Assembly (NCBI RefSeq): GCF_016432865.1
Contig: NC_067401.1
Span: 190,464,001-190,528,000 of the forward strand
Length of the DNA: 64,000 nucleotides
DNA from: Antechinus flavipes
Taxonomy: Eukaryota
Direction of reading: 5' to 3'
This document shows, in pieces, positions 34,271 through 47,399 of the stretch (positions are counted from its first letter, which is position 1; the number at the start of each line of letters is the position of its first letter). Position numbers and translations under genes: made by a program. Below the pieces are notes generated by a model, which was not told the DNA's origin, did not search any database, and worked only from the letters and a program-made list of their open reading frames with translations.

Positions 34271-37200
34271 ATTAGGAGATTCTGTTAACCATAGCCCCAA
34301 CCCCCAGGAAAACGATATTTGAGAACTTAAAATGATCCAGCAATCCCAACCCCCTTTTTGTATTCCTAAAAGACTCTTGCTTCCTTCTCTTCTAACAAAT
34401 TAGCAGTGGAAATCTTATACAAGACTTCTGTCTTCCTGCCACTGTCTTCAATATATCCCCTTACTAGTTGCAAATGTGTTAGATAACCTGTTTGCTGTTT
34501 TTTTAAAAGGGTCTATATATCCTTTTGTGCAGGGCCATGAGCTTTGAATAAGAATCCTGTGTTGCCAAAGTCAACTTTAATAAATTATCCAATTGAAAAT
34601 TAATATTTCTCAACTGGTCTCTATATCTTGGCACAATAATATAAACATGTGACTTCTTTAAGTCACCAGAGAACTTTGTTTCCATAACCTTTTTTCAAAC
34701 TTAATATCAAATACATTTAAATTTCTACTAGTAATACTTCAATATTAATGCACACGTATTTTAAAAATCTTATTCCAAAATGTATAAGTTGAAGGTAATT
34801 CTAGCATTTAAGTTTAAACACACAGTAATTTAGGTCACATTTTAGGGAGAAAACTCCTTTTCCCCCTCAAAAACTCTTACCTGAAATCTTTGAAATGAAC
34901 TATGAGAAGCAAGAAACTGAATACTGAATGGGTGCCCATCATTTGGAGAATGGCTGAATAGGTATGGAATATGATATATGGTATATGAATGCTATGGAAT
35001 GTTATTGGTCTATAAGAAATGATCAGCAGAATGATTTCAGAGAGGCCTGGAGAGACTTACATGAATTGATGCTAAGTGAAATGAGCAGAACCAGGAGATC
35101 ATTGTAGATTGCTTAAAACTTACCCCTCCCCTAAAAAAAAAATCAGCCATTTATTCATTGCAAATATACTTTAAAGTTTGCAAAGCACTTTATGTGGTAC
35201 TTCATTTAGTCCTCACAATAATTATATGAAGTAGATGCTATTATTACCCCTATTTTATAGATAAGGAAACTGAAGCACAGAAAAGTTAAGTGACCTGCCA
35301 GAGGTTGCATTTAAATTCAAATTTTCCTTACTCCAAGTCCAGTACATTATATAATACTGATCCTGTTATTTTAAACTATTATTTATTAGTTGTTCCTGCC
35401 TTGTATATGAACTCTCCTTTCTATAGTCACAATCCCCTATACTCTCAGAATTTGAATTTTCAACATACCATGGCTACATAGTTTAATAAACATAACCAAA
35501 AGAAAAGATTAAACACCCTTATGTGAATCCTTTATGTTGCCATTTGCCTTCAGTTATCTCCTCATCATCCTACCCAACTACTCCTATTTGCCCTCCAATT
35601 GTATCTATAAATCATGGAAATAATGTGTGTGTCTGTGAATGTATGTGACCTTGGTTTCTGCTTATAGAATGGGAAAAATATGGAGCAAACTAATCCTCCA
35701 CATTTTCTTTGCTCTTCAACCACAACAGGATTCTCAATAACGTGAGAATTTTGGGAATCAAAGTCCTCTCTGTTCCTCATGCTCTAATCCTTGTCTTTGA
35801 TTCAGGATCTGAGTGGCCTCCCCATATATTTCTCCAAATTTCAGTCTGATAGCAGGAGCTCCCAGTTACTTTTTTCTTCCTTCATTTCTTGCACTCATCT
35901 TCATCATCTTATCTGTCTCCCTCCTTTTATGACTATTCCTTAGGAAATCTCTTTGTAGCTTTCTGTAGTCTGGCTTCCAGCCATATCCCTCAATTGAAAC
36001 TATTCTCTGTGACTTCACAGGTATCTAATTGTCAAATCTAATGGTCTTTTGTAGTCACCAATCTTGACTTTTTTGTATCCTCTTCTTTTTGATCACTTTC
36101 TTTTCCTAGATCCTCTCTTCTCTGTAGGTTGTTGGGACACTGAATAAATGTGATAAAATTAAGCATTTACTATATGCAGTGTTAAAGTCTGAAGATACAA
36201 ATAGAAAATCAAGATAGACCCTGCTCTAGAGGAGCATATGGAATATGGAAGTTTTCACTTGCAACTCAGATGGAAAGGTCCTATGATCCTTAGGTTGCAG
36301 AGATAAAGTAGATGACAATATTTCTTCTTTAAAGTCATTTCTGTTGATCATATCAGTTTCTGATGTTATGGCTATAGTCCCTGTAAGAATAGTTACCAGG
36401 CTGCATCTGAACAGAGTTTGTTTCCTAGAATGATGGCTGAGAGCATTGGGTTGGAAGTATTTCTGTTCCCAAGAATCTTATGTTTAGAGTCTGAGGGTAG
36501 GAGGTAGTCAAAGTGGAAATAGGGGTTGGGTTTGCATGACATAGACCACCTTCTAATCCTCTCTCAGAGTGCCTTGCCACTTTATTAGGATAGCTTGCTA
36601 GTTCTATGGGTGCTAGTGGTTTGGATGGAGATGGCTGGTCCTTTCTTTTCACAATTGATGAAATGATGATGATGATGCTTCAGAAAGACTGCTCTGTCAT
36701 GGTTCTCCTCTTATCTATCTGAGCATTCTTTCTTTGTCTCTTTTGCTGGATCTTTAACAAGATCATGTCCACTAACCATGGGAATCCCCAAGGCTCATCA
36801 TTACTTCTTTTTTTCTCCTCTATGCTACTTTTCCTAGTGATTTTATCAGCTTCCATTGATTCTAATATCATTTATATTCAGAGATCATTAGTCTTGCTTC
36901 TCCAACTTCCTATTGACATCTTGAACTGGATGTTCCATATACATCTTAAATTCAACATGTCTAAAACTGAACTCATTATCTCTCTACCTCCAAACTTTCC
37001 CCTCTTCCTGTCTTTTCTATTATTGTCAAGGGAACCCCCATCTTCCCAATTACCCAAGCTCACAAACTAAATGTCGTCCTTGATTCCTCATTTTCTCTCA
37101 CCCTCTAAATTCAATGATCAAGGCCTATATTCATACCTTTGTAATTTTTCTCATATATACTCCCTTCTACTATGACTTCGCCATCGCTCTAGTTTTGACC

Positions 37201-37299
37201 CTTATCACATCATAACTGTACTACTGGAAAACCTTCTGGTTCATTTTCCTGTTTCAAGTCTTTATCTTTCACTTAGCTGTTAAACTTAGCTGTCTTTCT

Positions 37300-38779
37300 T
37301 TTTTTTATATTTTATAATAACTTTATTTTTATATTTATATATATTATATATATATATAATTTATTTTTATATTTTATAATAACTTTATATTGACAGAATC
37401 CATGCCAGGGTAATTTTTTTACAACATTATCCCTTGCACTCACTTCTGTTCCTATTTTTCCCTTCCCTCCCTCCACCCCCTCCCCTAGATGGCAAACAGT
37501 CCTATATATGTTAGATATGTTGCAGCATATCCTAGATACAATATATGTTTGCAGAACCGAACAGTTCTCTTGTTGCACAGGGAGAATTGGATTCAGAAGG
37601 TAAAAATAACCCGGAAAGAAAAACAAAAATGCAAATAGTTCACATTCGTTTCCCAGCATTCTTTCTTTGGGTGTAGCTGCTTCTATCCATCATTTATCAA
37701 TTGAAACTCAGGTCTCTTTGTCAAAGAAATCCACACCCATCAGAATACATCCTCATATAATATCGTTGTCGAAGTGTATAACGATCTCCTGGTTCTGCTC
37801 ATTTCACTTAGCATCAGTTCATGTAGGTTTCTCCAAGCCTCTTTGTATTCATTCTGCTGGTCATTTCTTTTTATTTTATTTTATTTTATTTTTATTTTTT
37901 ATTTTTTTAAAAATATTTTATTTTATTTTATTTAATAATAACTTTATATTGACAGAATCCATGCCAGGGTAATTTTTTTTACAACATTATCCCTTGCACT
38001 CGTTTCTGTTCCGATTTTTCCCTTCCCTCCCTCCACCCCCTCCCCTAGATGGCAAGCAGTCCTATATATGTTAGATATGTTGCAGTATATCCTAGATACA
38101 GTATATGTTTGCATAACCGAACAGTTCTCTTGTTGCACAGGGAGAATTGGATTCAGAAGGTAAAAATAACCCGGGAAGAAAAACCAAAATGCAAATAGTT
38201 CACATTCGTTTCCCAATGTTCTTTCTTTAGGTGTAGCTGCTTCTGTCCATCATTTATCAATTGAAACTCAGTTAGGTCTCTTTGTCAAAGAAATCCACTT
38301 CCATCAGAATATATCCTCATACAATATCATTGTCGAAGTGTATAATGATCTCCTGGTTCTGCTCATTTCACTTAGCATCAGTTCATGTAAGTCTCTCCAA
38401 GCCTCTCTGTATTCATCCTGCTGGTCATTTCTTACAGAACAATAATATTCCATAACATTCATATATCACAATTTACCCAGCCATTCTCCAATTGATGGGC
38501 ATCCATTCAATTTCCAGTTTCTAGCCACTATAAACAGGGATGCCACAAACATTTTGGCACATACAGGTCCCTTTCCCTTCTTTAGTATCTCTTTGGAGTA
38601 TAAGCCCAGTAGTAGCACTGCTGGATCAAAGGATATGCACAGTTTGATAACTTTTTGGGCATAATTCCAGATTGCTCTCCAGAATGGTTGGATTCGTTCA
38701 CAACTCCACCAACAATGCATCAGTGTCCCAGTTTTCCCGCATTCCCTCCAACATTCATCATTATTTTTTTCCTGTCATC
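37300..38779 (-). mobile_element. Two tandem L1 3' ends inside one 16-bp TSD (ACTTAGCTGTCTTTCT)
   Basis: TSD at 37284-37299 and 38780-38795; units ~37300-37867 and ~37868-38779, each with its own T-rich tail. Confidence 0.88.
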
Positions 38780-38882
38780 ACTTAGCTGTCTTTCTAAAGT
38801 GCAAGTTTGATCATGTCACCTTTCTAATCAATTCCAGTGGCTCCCTATTACCTCCAAGTCTGAATATAAAATCCTGTTTGTC

Positions 38883-41242
38883 CACTTGAGAGCATAGGAA
38901 TAAATGGACTTTTCCTTAAAATAGTCAGAAGCATATATTTAAAATCATCAGGAAGCATCATATGCAATGGGGAAAAACTGGAACCTTTCCCAGTAAGATC
39001 TGGAGTGAAGCAAGGTTGCCCTCTATCATCATTATTATTTAATATCGTATTAGAAACACTAGCCTCGGCAATAAGAGTCGAGAAAGATATTAAAGGTATT
39101 AGAGTAGGCAATGAAGAAACCAAACTATCACTCTTTGCAGATGATATGATGGTATACCTAGAGAACCCCAGAGATTCTACTAAAAAGCTATTAGAAATAA
39201 TTCATAATTTTAGCAAAGTAGCTGGCTACAAAATAAATCCCCATAAATCCTCAGCATTTTTATACATCTCCAACAAAACCCAACAGCAAGAGATACAAAG
39301 AGAAATTCCATTCAGAATAACTGTTGATACCATAAAATATTTGGGAATCTATCTACCAAAGGAAAGTCAGGAATTACATGAGCAAAATTATAAAAAAGTC
39401 TCCACACAAATAAAGTCAGACTTAAATAATTGGAAAAATATTAAGTGCTCTTGGATCGGCTGAGCGAACATAATAAAGATGACAATACTCCCTAAACCAA
39501 TCTATTTATTTAGTGCTATACCAATCAGACTTCCAAGAAAATATTTTAATGATCTAGAAAAAATAACAACAAAATTCATATGGAACAATAAAAAGTCGAG
39601 AATCTCAAGGGAATTAATGAAAAAAAAAATCAAATGAAGGTGGCCTAGCTGTACCTGATCTAAAATTATATTATAAAGCAGCAGTCACCAAAACCATTTG
39701 GTATTGGCTAAGAAATAGATTAGTGGATCAGTGGAAAAGGTTAGGTTCACAAGACAGAATAGTCAACTATAGCAATCTAGTGTTTGACAAACCCAAAGCC
39801 CCTAACTTCTGGGAAAAGAATTCATTATTTGATAAAAACTGCTGGGATAATTGGAAATTAGTATGGCAGAAATTAGGCATGGACCCACACTTAACACCAT
39901 ATACCAAGATAAGATCAAAATGGGTCCATGACCTAGGCATAAAGAATGAGATTATAAATAAATTAGAGGAACATAGAATAGTTTATCTCTCAGACTTGTG
40001 GAGGAGAAAGAAATTTGTGACCAAAGATGAACTAGAGACCATTACTGATCACAAAATAGAAAATTGTGATTACATCAAATTAAAAAGCCTTTGTACAAAC
40101 AAAACTAATGCAAACAAGATTAGAAGGGAAGCAACAAACTGGGAAAACATTTTCACAGTTAAAGGTTCTGATAAAGGCCTCATTTCTAAAATATATAGAG
40201 AACTGACTCAAATTTATAAGAAATCAAGCCATTCTCCAATTGATAAATGGTCAAAGGATATGAACAGACAATTTTCAGAGGATGAGATTGAAACTATTAC
40301 CACTCATATGAAAGAGTGTTCCAAATCATTATTGATCAGAGAAATGCAAATTAAGACAACTCTGAGATACCACTACACACCTGTCAGATTGGCTAAGATG
40401 ACAGGAAAAAATAATGATGAATGTTGGAGGGGATGCGGGAAAACTGGGACACTAATGCATTGTTGGTGGAGTTGTGAATGAATCCAACCATTCTGGAGAG
40501 CAATCTGGAATTATGCCCAAAAAATTATCAAATTGTGCATACCCTTTGATCCAGCAGTGTTTCTATTGGGCTTATATCCCAAAGAAATACTAAAGAAGGG
40601 AAAGGGACCTGTATGTGCCAAAATGTTTGTAGCAGCCCTATTTGTAGTGGCTAGAAACTGGAAAATGAATGGATGCCCATCAATTGGAGAATGGCTGGGT
40701 AAATTGTGGTATATGAATGTTATGGAATATTATTGTTCTGTAAGAAATGACCAGCAGGATGAATACAGAGAGGACTGGAGAGACTTATATGAACTGATGC
40801 TAAGTGAAATGAGCAGAACCAGGAGATCATTATACACTTCGACAACGATATTGTATGAGGACATATTTTGATGGAAGTGGATTTCTTTGACAAAGAGACC
40901 TAACTGAGTTTCAATTGATAAATGACGGACAAAAGCAGCTACACCCAAAGAAAGAACACTGGGAAACGAATGTGAACTATCTGCATTTTTGTTTTTCTTC
41001 CCGGGTTATTTATACCTTCTGAATCCAATTCTCCCTATGCAACAAGAGAACTGTTCAGTTCTGCAAACATATATTGTATCTAGGATATACTGCAACATAT
41101 CCAACATATAAAGGACTGCTTGCCATCTAGGGGAGGGGGTGGAGGGAGGGAGGGGAAAAAATCGGAAAAGAAACGAGTGCAAGGGATAATGTTGTCAATA
41201 TAAAGTAATCATTAAATAAAAATTTTTTTAAAAAAAGAAAAA
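38883..41242 (+). mobile_element. Relatively young 5'-truncated L1 (2.4 kb; RT domain to poly(A)), inactivated
   Basis: RT motifs KQGCPLSSLLFNIVLE and LFADDMMVYLENP; nonsense codons at 39461 and 40479 and an A-run frameshift near 39625; TSD AAAATCCT(G/C)TTTGTC at 38868-38882 and 41243-41257. Confidence 0.95.
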
Positions 41243-43997
41243 AAAATCCTCTTTGTCTTTTAAAGTCCATCAAAACCTGATCCCTTCCTACTTTTCTAGT
41301 CTTTGCTTACTTTGCTTACTTTGTCATTCAGTGACACTAACCTTGGTATTTCTTGTGTAAGACTCTCATTTCTTGACTGTAGGCATTTTCACTGTCTTTT
41401 TCCAATTTCTGGAATTCTTTCCTTCCTCATCTCTGTCTTCTGGCTTCCCTGGCATCCTTCATATCCCAGTTAAAATCCCGACTCCTATAAGAAGATTTCC
41501 TAATTCTTATTAATACTGATGCCTTCCATTTTTAAATTATGTCCATTTTATCCTGTATATATCTTCTTGGCACATTGTTATTTGCATTTGGTTGATTTTT
41601 CCCCCCTTTCTTTGTATTCTCAATATTTAGTACAACGTTAGGTGATTTGAGTTGCATGACAACTGGAAATTCTTCTCTTAAAAATCAGCTGTCATTTGCC
41701 CACATAGTTAAATTGCCCTTGAATCTGAAGGGCAGAACTGGAGAAGAAAACAATCAATCCTGAAGGCTAGCAATTAATTACCATGCTTTTTTCATTCTTT
41801 AGCATGTTTTTGCATGCCAGAAATGTCATACAGCTTCCAGTTGTATAATCCACTCAGTCTCTCTCTGTAGGAATTTCCACAATCTTCACTAATCAGAAAT
41901 ACTATGGTGGCATTCTATGACTTACAGCCATATAGTGAAAAAATATTGCTAGCAACATATGCTCTTTTTTGGAGGGAGAAGCTTGGGGTCACTGAAAGCA
42001 CCCTTCAATATTCCAAAGTTATTATTTCTTTTTATTTCATATAATAGTACAAATGCTAGTTATAGCAATATATTAAAAAAAAAAAAGAAATCAAGGAAGT
42101 AAGTATAGATAATGAGAATGTGAAATTATTTCTATTTGCAGCAACATAGTGGTCAGTATGCAGACACTTCAGTACAGAATAATTACCCTTTGATAGCATA
42201 TGAGCAAATTGTTGCTCCTGCTATCAAAGCATGGAAAAGATAGAGGTGAAACCTTCATGAAAATAGAGCAAGGTCCAAATGAATCGTTTGATGATTTTGT
42301 GGGACGACTGCAAACAGCTGTCATATGAACAATTGGAGAAAATGCTAATGAGGTTTGTAGAAGAATTATATGGGGACTACACAAGAATGCTCCTTTAAAG
42401 GAGATCATAAAATGCTGCGCCACAGTGGGTTCAAATGTCTTTTGTACCCAGGCTATGATACAGAACATGGGGAGACACGGTCTCTTGGCAAGGGACTTCC
42501 AGAGAGACTCATAAATGCTTTCAGTATGGTAAAAGTAGGGCATCTGAAAGCTCAATAGGTATAGAGATAAAGTGAGAGGACAGGGTGAGAGAATAAGACC
42601 CCAAACCCTGTGTCCAAAATGCAATAAGAGGTTCCACTGGGCCTCAGAATACAGATTGATCCAGGGAAATGAGAGATGGGGCCCAACTCCAGGGCTCTAG
42701 GTGGGACATGATGGCAACTGAGGTTACACCCAGAGAGTCTTTAGAAATTCAACATTAAGACATGATCAATCAGCCAAGAAGCAATCAGATGGGAAAAAAG
42801 GGATTGTAATTAGGAAAAATAGAGTTGTATGATCTCCTTTAAAGGAGCATTCTTGTGTAGTCCCCATATAATAGAGCAGGGATTACTGAGATATCCCCTG
42901 AAGAGGTGAAATCTGTTCCTATCTGACCTATGGATCCTTTGCCTCCAGGCACAGTAAGCTTGATCATTTCACCTCCTGAGAATGCTTACAAGACAGTGTT
43001 CATCCATATACTGATGTGGAATGTTGACTGATTTAAGAAGAGTAAATGAACAAAGGGAAACTATGGGAACTATTTCACCTGGACTTCTATCTCCTATTCA
43101 ATTGCCTAGAGAATGGTTTCTTTGGGTTATAGACATTAAGGACTGTTTCTATTCTATCCCTCTAGATAAGGAGGATATGGAAAGATTTGCCTTTTCAGTA
43201 CTCAGTGTTAACTTAGCTGATCCTTATAAAAGATATGAATGGACAGTTTTGCCACAGGGAATGAAAAATAGTCTTACTATGTGTCAGATTTATGTTGCTG
43301 CTGCTCTTACTCTAGTAAGAAAAGCATTTCCAAAAGTTATGTTATTACATTACATTGAAGATATCTTGGGGTGTGCACCTGAGGAGCAAATGTTAGAAGC
43401 ATATCTACAAAAGACCATAGAAACACTAAGAAAATACAAATTGCATAAAGCTCCAGAAAAAATTCAAAGGCACGCTCTTTTTCAATATTTAGGATATGAA
43501 ATATATCCTAAGTTGCTTACAATACAAAAACTTTCCTTAAGAAAATTAAAAAAAAATTTTCTTAAGAGAAGTTGAATACCTTAAATGACTTTCAGAAACT
43601 GATAGGAGATATCCAACGGATGCATCCAGTGTTAGGCTTAACTACCAATTAATTGCAACATTTATATGACATTTTAAGGGGAGACACTTCTTTATACTCA
43701 CCATGCCAGTGTACAAAAGAAGCTCAAGAGGCTTTGAGAGAAGTTGAATTGGCTTTATCCAATGTGGTTGAAAGAGTCACTCAAAAAACCCTTGGAAATA
43801 TTAGTTTTTGCTACAAAAGAGGTACCCACCGCATCCTTCATGAAGGAGATAGTGTGATAGAGTGGGTGAACCTTCCAGCATAACCAGAACAAAGCCTTAC
43901 TCCTTACCCAGTGCTTGTAGCTAGATTTATTAAAGGCCATTAAGCGAACAGTACAATAATTTGGGATAAGACCTGACAAAATATACACATTCTATAC

Positions 43998-44605
43998 TGT
44001 AATGGGCTGAGGCTTGAGTTGATGCACTGAGGTCCCAAGCACATGAGGCTAAATAGTAATTGGACCATACTTTATTAATATATAAGCTTGGAGAAAGACT
44101 GGCCCCCGCCCACTCTTTGTGCAAGTCCTGATGTGTTGTATAGGAAATGACGATTTTGGTGGGTGGAGGCAGGGGAGGAGAAAAGGAAGGGGAGTCGTTT
44201 GCTTTTGCCATTGCGAAGACCTTTCTGTTTGTTTCTCTTCTTCTTTTTGCTTTTTGCTGAGGCAGTTGGGGTTAAATGACTTGCCCATGGTCACACAACC
44301 AGGAATTGTTAAGTGTTTGAGGCTGGATTTGAACTCAGGTCCTCCTGACTTCAGGGCTGGTGCTCTACCCACTGAGCCATCTCCTGCTAGCATTTTTGCA
44401 ATTGCAATTGGGACGGCTTTTCAGCTCAGATCTCTCTCTCTGCTAGCTGGCTTCCTGTCGCAGCTGCCCATATTGCTATCACAATCCTTCTTGCCCATAT
44501 TGCTATCGCAATCTTTTTTCACCTCTTCACTTCAATAAAGACTGAAGATTTTTCCCTTAACCTGAGTTCCTGACTCTGGCTGATTTTAAATACATCGTCA
44601 TTACA
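43998..44605 (+). mobile_element. Solo LTR in the ERV pol region, 6-bp TSD CTATAC; contains a WSINE1 (44244-44386, -)
   Basis: TGTAATG...CATTACA termini; TSD at 43992-43997 and 44606-44611; AATAAA near 44535. Confidence 0.9.
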
Positions 44606-44766
44606 CTATACTAATGCACAAATTAATGTATGCTGTGAAACCATCCCAGAGTGGCAAATTTTGTTAGCCACAGCTCCAAATTTTACACACCACTGGCATA
44701 CCTTGTAATCCTCAAGGTCAGGCAATAATAAAGAGGAGAAACAGAGATTAAGACACTCCTCCAAAA

Positions 44767-46058
44767 TCCTTATTTGCTGTTGATGAAACAACCCACTTAT
44801 TCATTGATACCAGTGAAGTCTGCCCTGCTATGGGCTCGGTACCCTTGGGATATACAGTGGCGGCAGGTCCGACAAGCACTAAAAAGACAAAGGAGAGATT
44901 GGATTCATCTTTGGAGTTATCAACTTGGCTATTCAAGCCTTTTTAGAATTCCAAATTACACAATTGCAAGACCAAATAGGTTATTTAGCTTCTGAACTAC
45001 AAAGATTCATGGTAACTGAAGTTGCAGCATGGCAGAGACAGGAAACTATAGATAAGGCATTACAAGCTGAAATAGAAGCCCTAGAGGTAGCTGTGGAATG
45101 GTTAGGAGATGAGTTGGTATTGCAGAGTTTGTAACAGGCTTTTCCATATCATTTTGATTATCGACCTGTTTGTGTAACTACTTTGCAATGGAATGCCACC
45201 TTGTTGAATTACACTTGGGAACAAGTCAGAGACCACCTTAAAGGTGCTTTGTTAGCTGCAAATGTAATCAAATCCAAGAATTAGCAAAGCTTGTTGCTGA
45301 CATTAATATATTAGCAAAAAATTTTAGCCTCCCTACTGATGCTTCTTGTGACCTTATTGATTGGATATATCAACATACAGTTGCAATATCCTCATGGCTA
45401 TCTCATCTTTTGCTGTTAGTCACCTTTTTTTGTTGTATTGCTTTTACTTTTACCCTGTATTCTGCAATGCTTTCTCTCTCTTGTACGACAATCCTTTGCA
45501 GGGCTGGTGGCACAGTGGCACCCTCTCCATAGAAAACAAAAAGGGGGAGATGCTAGGGAACATAATAACAAGAGTGCTAGGGAACATAACAACAAGAGCC
45601 TGCATTAATCCTGTGACCTGTTAGTATGTACTTTGCATACAATGTCCCACTTGCACAACCAATATCATGTGCGCAAAACAAGCCTTGTGCAATCTGACCC
45701 TTGTGGTCTGTGGCTGATTGAATCTCAATAGCACATTCTTGGGAATGGATGTTGAGGTCCTCGGGTATATATTCTGCCTGGCTGACTAAAGGTCCGGGGC
45801 ACACCCTGTTGACACATCAGCACAAGCATTATTGAGCATGTACCAGATCAAGATAGCCCCCTTTATCTCAGGAATTGGGCCCCTGGATGCACAAGCCACT
45901 CAGATACTTGTTGCTGGGACATGTGGGCAAGGGGCAAATGTGAAGAGTATAAGTACAGGACTGGAGTGGAAGAGAGGGGAGGAAGATATAACTAAATAAT
46001 AAAACTTCTTAACTGCATGGTCTCAAACCAGAGACATCCAAGAGTCGTAGCGGTGACA
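44767..46058 (+). mobile_element. Beta-type env TM remnant + PPT + LTR (45551-46058) of a second ERV
   Basis: Furin site KRQRR (44882-44896), hydrophobic fusion peptide, heptad ...IDKALQAEIEALEVAVEWLGDEL, VCVT and WEQVRDHLKG; PPT aaaagggggaga; TG...CA LTR with TATA and AATAAA (45998). Confidence 0.85.
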
Positions 46059-47399
46059 ATAAGTGTGGGTAAGTGCTCAGAATCCAACTGGTGTCAGCAG
46101 GCTTGTGCTACCTGAGAACCCCAACAGAGAACTTCTAAATTTAGTTCTGTATACTATTAATTTTTAAATTTTTGATAAAGATACATTAGCTCCAGCAGAC
46201 ATGTTTTATAATCCACCAGAAGGGCAGTGTCCAGTGTGAGCAGCTCCACTATCTTTAGATAATCAATAGGTGATGTGGAGAGATCCAGAAAGTGCTGAAT
46301 GGAAGGGACCTGATAGGTTAACTGCTTGAGGAAGAAGGTTTGCTTGTATTTCTACAGATGGAGAAAGCATCAGATGGGTGCGAACAAACTGTATTTGCTT
46401 TGTCCATCAGAGAGAGACAGAAAAAGATAAAAACATCAAAACAAAGGAGAAGACCTAGGAAATATCTAACACTGAAAGAGCATGGCTGATAATAAGACCA
46501 TTACAGAACTTCAAAACCAGCAGGAATCATTGGATTCCCTGAGGTGAAAAATTGTTGATAGAACTGTTGCAAAACTTCAAAACCAGCAGGAATCGTTGGA
46601 TTCCCATACACATGAAGTAATGGACAATAGATTGGTTTTGGACTATTTCAAGGACTTATGGATATGTATTATTCTTCATATTGACTCATATTATTTGTTA
46701 CATCACTACTAGCCTGTGTTATATTGCTATGTGCTTATGTAATACTTCCCATGTTGATGGATTTATGTATACTTGTTTCAAGTGAGATCCTTCAGAAACC
46801 CGCTAATTTGATTCCCCATTTTCCTTTGGTTTCCATCTCCCTTCCTGAGACATCAGGGAGGGTGTGATCACCTCCTTTTTTTTGGTGTTTTCACCCCTTT
46901 TTTGAGAAGTCAGGGAGTTCTATGTTCTAAAACAAAAGAAAGAGATGTTATGGGCCAGAACTATGAACCTAAAACAAGGATTTTTATAAGGTGTTAAGTC
47001 AGTGGAATTGATAAATACAATGGTTACCTAGTTTAGCATGGTGCTTAACAGTTCGCTAGTTCAGTATATGTACTTAGTACTTAGAACTATATTGTTCCAC
47101 AAGATTCACACCTGTGATAATGGAGTATATAAGGGACCCAGCAAGGACTGGATGAGATTCATTCCATCTTCGGTCAGGCTCCTGGTGGCTGGCCTGGCCT
47201 CCTGCAATTTCTCCACTGAGATCAAGGCTGGTCTGAAAGGTTTTCCAGAAAGCTTCCCAGCCCCAGGAAAGAGATAATAAAGAATTTTGGGCTTTAACAC
47301 CTGGCTATTCTTGTGGTGATTACCCTGCTGAAAGGAAGGCTGCTCCAAGACCTCCAGAAAGCCAAACAAGAACATTACATCCTAGCTAGCAGATAGTCC

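Larger units (their letters stand above)
36670..41600. mobile_element. L2 element split into pieces (~36670-37283, 38796-38867, 41258-41600) by L1 insertions
   Basis: L2-type motifs aaattcaacatgtctaaaactgaactcat, ttgatcatgtcacc, cagtggctccctattacctcc continue across the L1 TSDs. Confidence 0.7.
42160..47379 (+). mobile_element. Decayed betaretrovirus-like (class II) provirus, 5' end missing: gag CA/NC, dUTPase/pro remnant, RT, IN, PPT, 3' LTR (46946-47379)
   Basis: MHR IEQGPNESFDDFVGRLQ (~42263); zinc knuckle CPKCNKRFHWASE (42611); RT IDIKDCFYSIPL, LPQGMKNS, HYIED (43021-43575); IN TGIPCNPQGQAII (44692) and WRDPESAEWKGPD (46276); PPT then TG...CA LTR with AATAAA. Confidence 0.9.

Noticed and set aside
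46090-46105. TGGTGTCAGCAGG, resembling a tRNA-Leu-type primer-binding site
   Set aside because: Lies ~30 bp after the LTR end rather than adjacent, matches only partly, and no gag follows.
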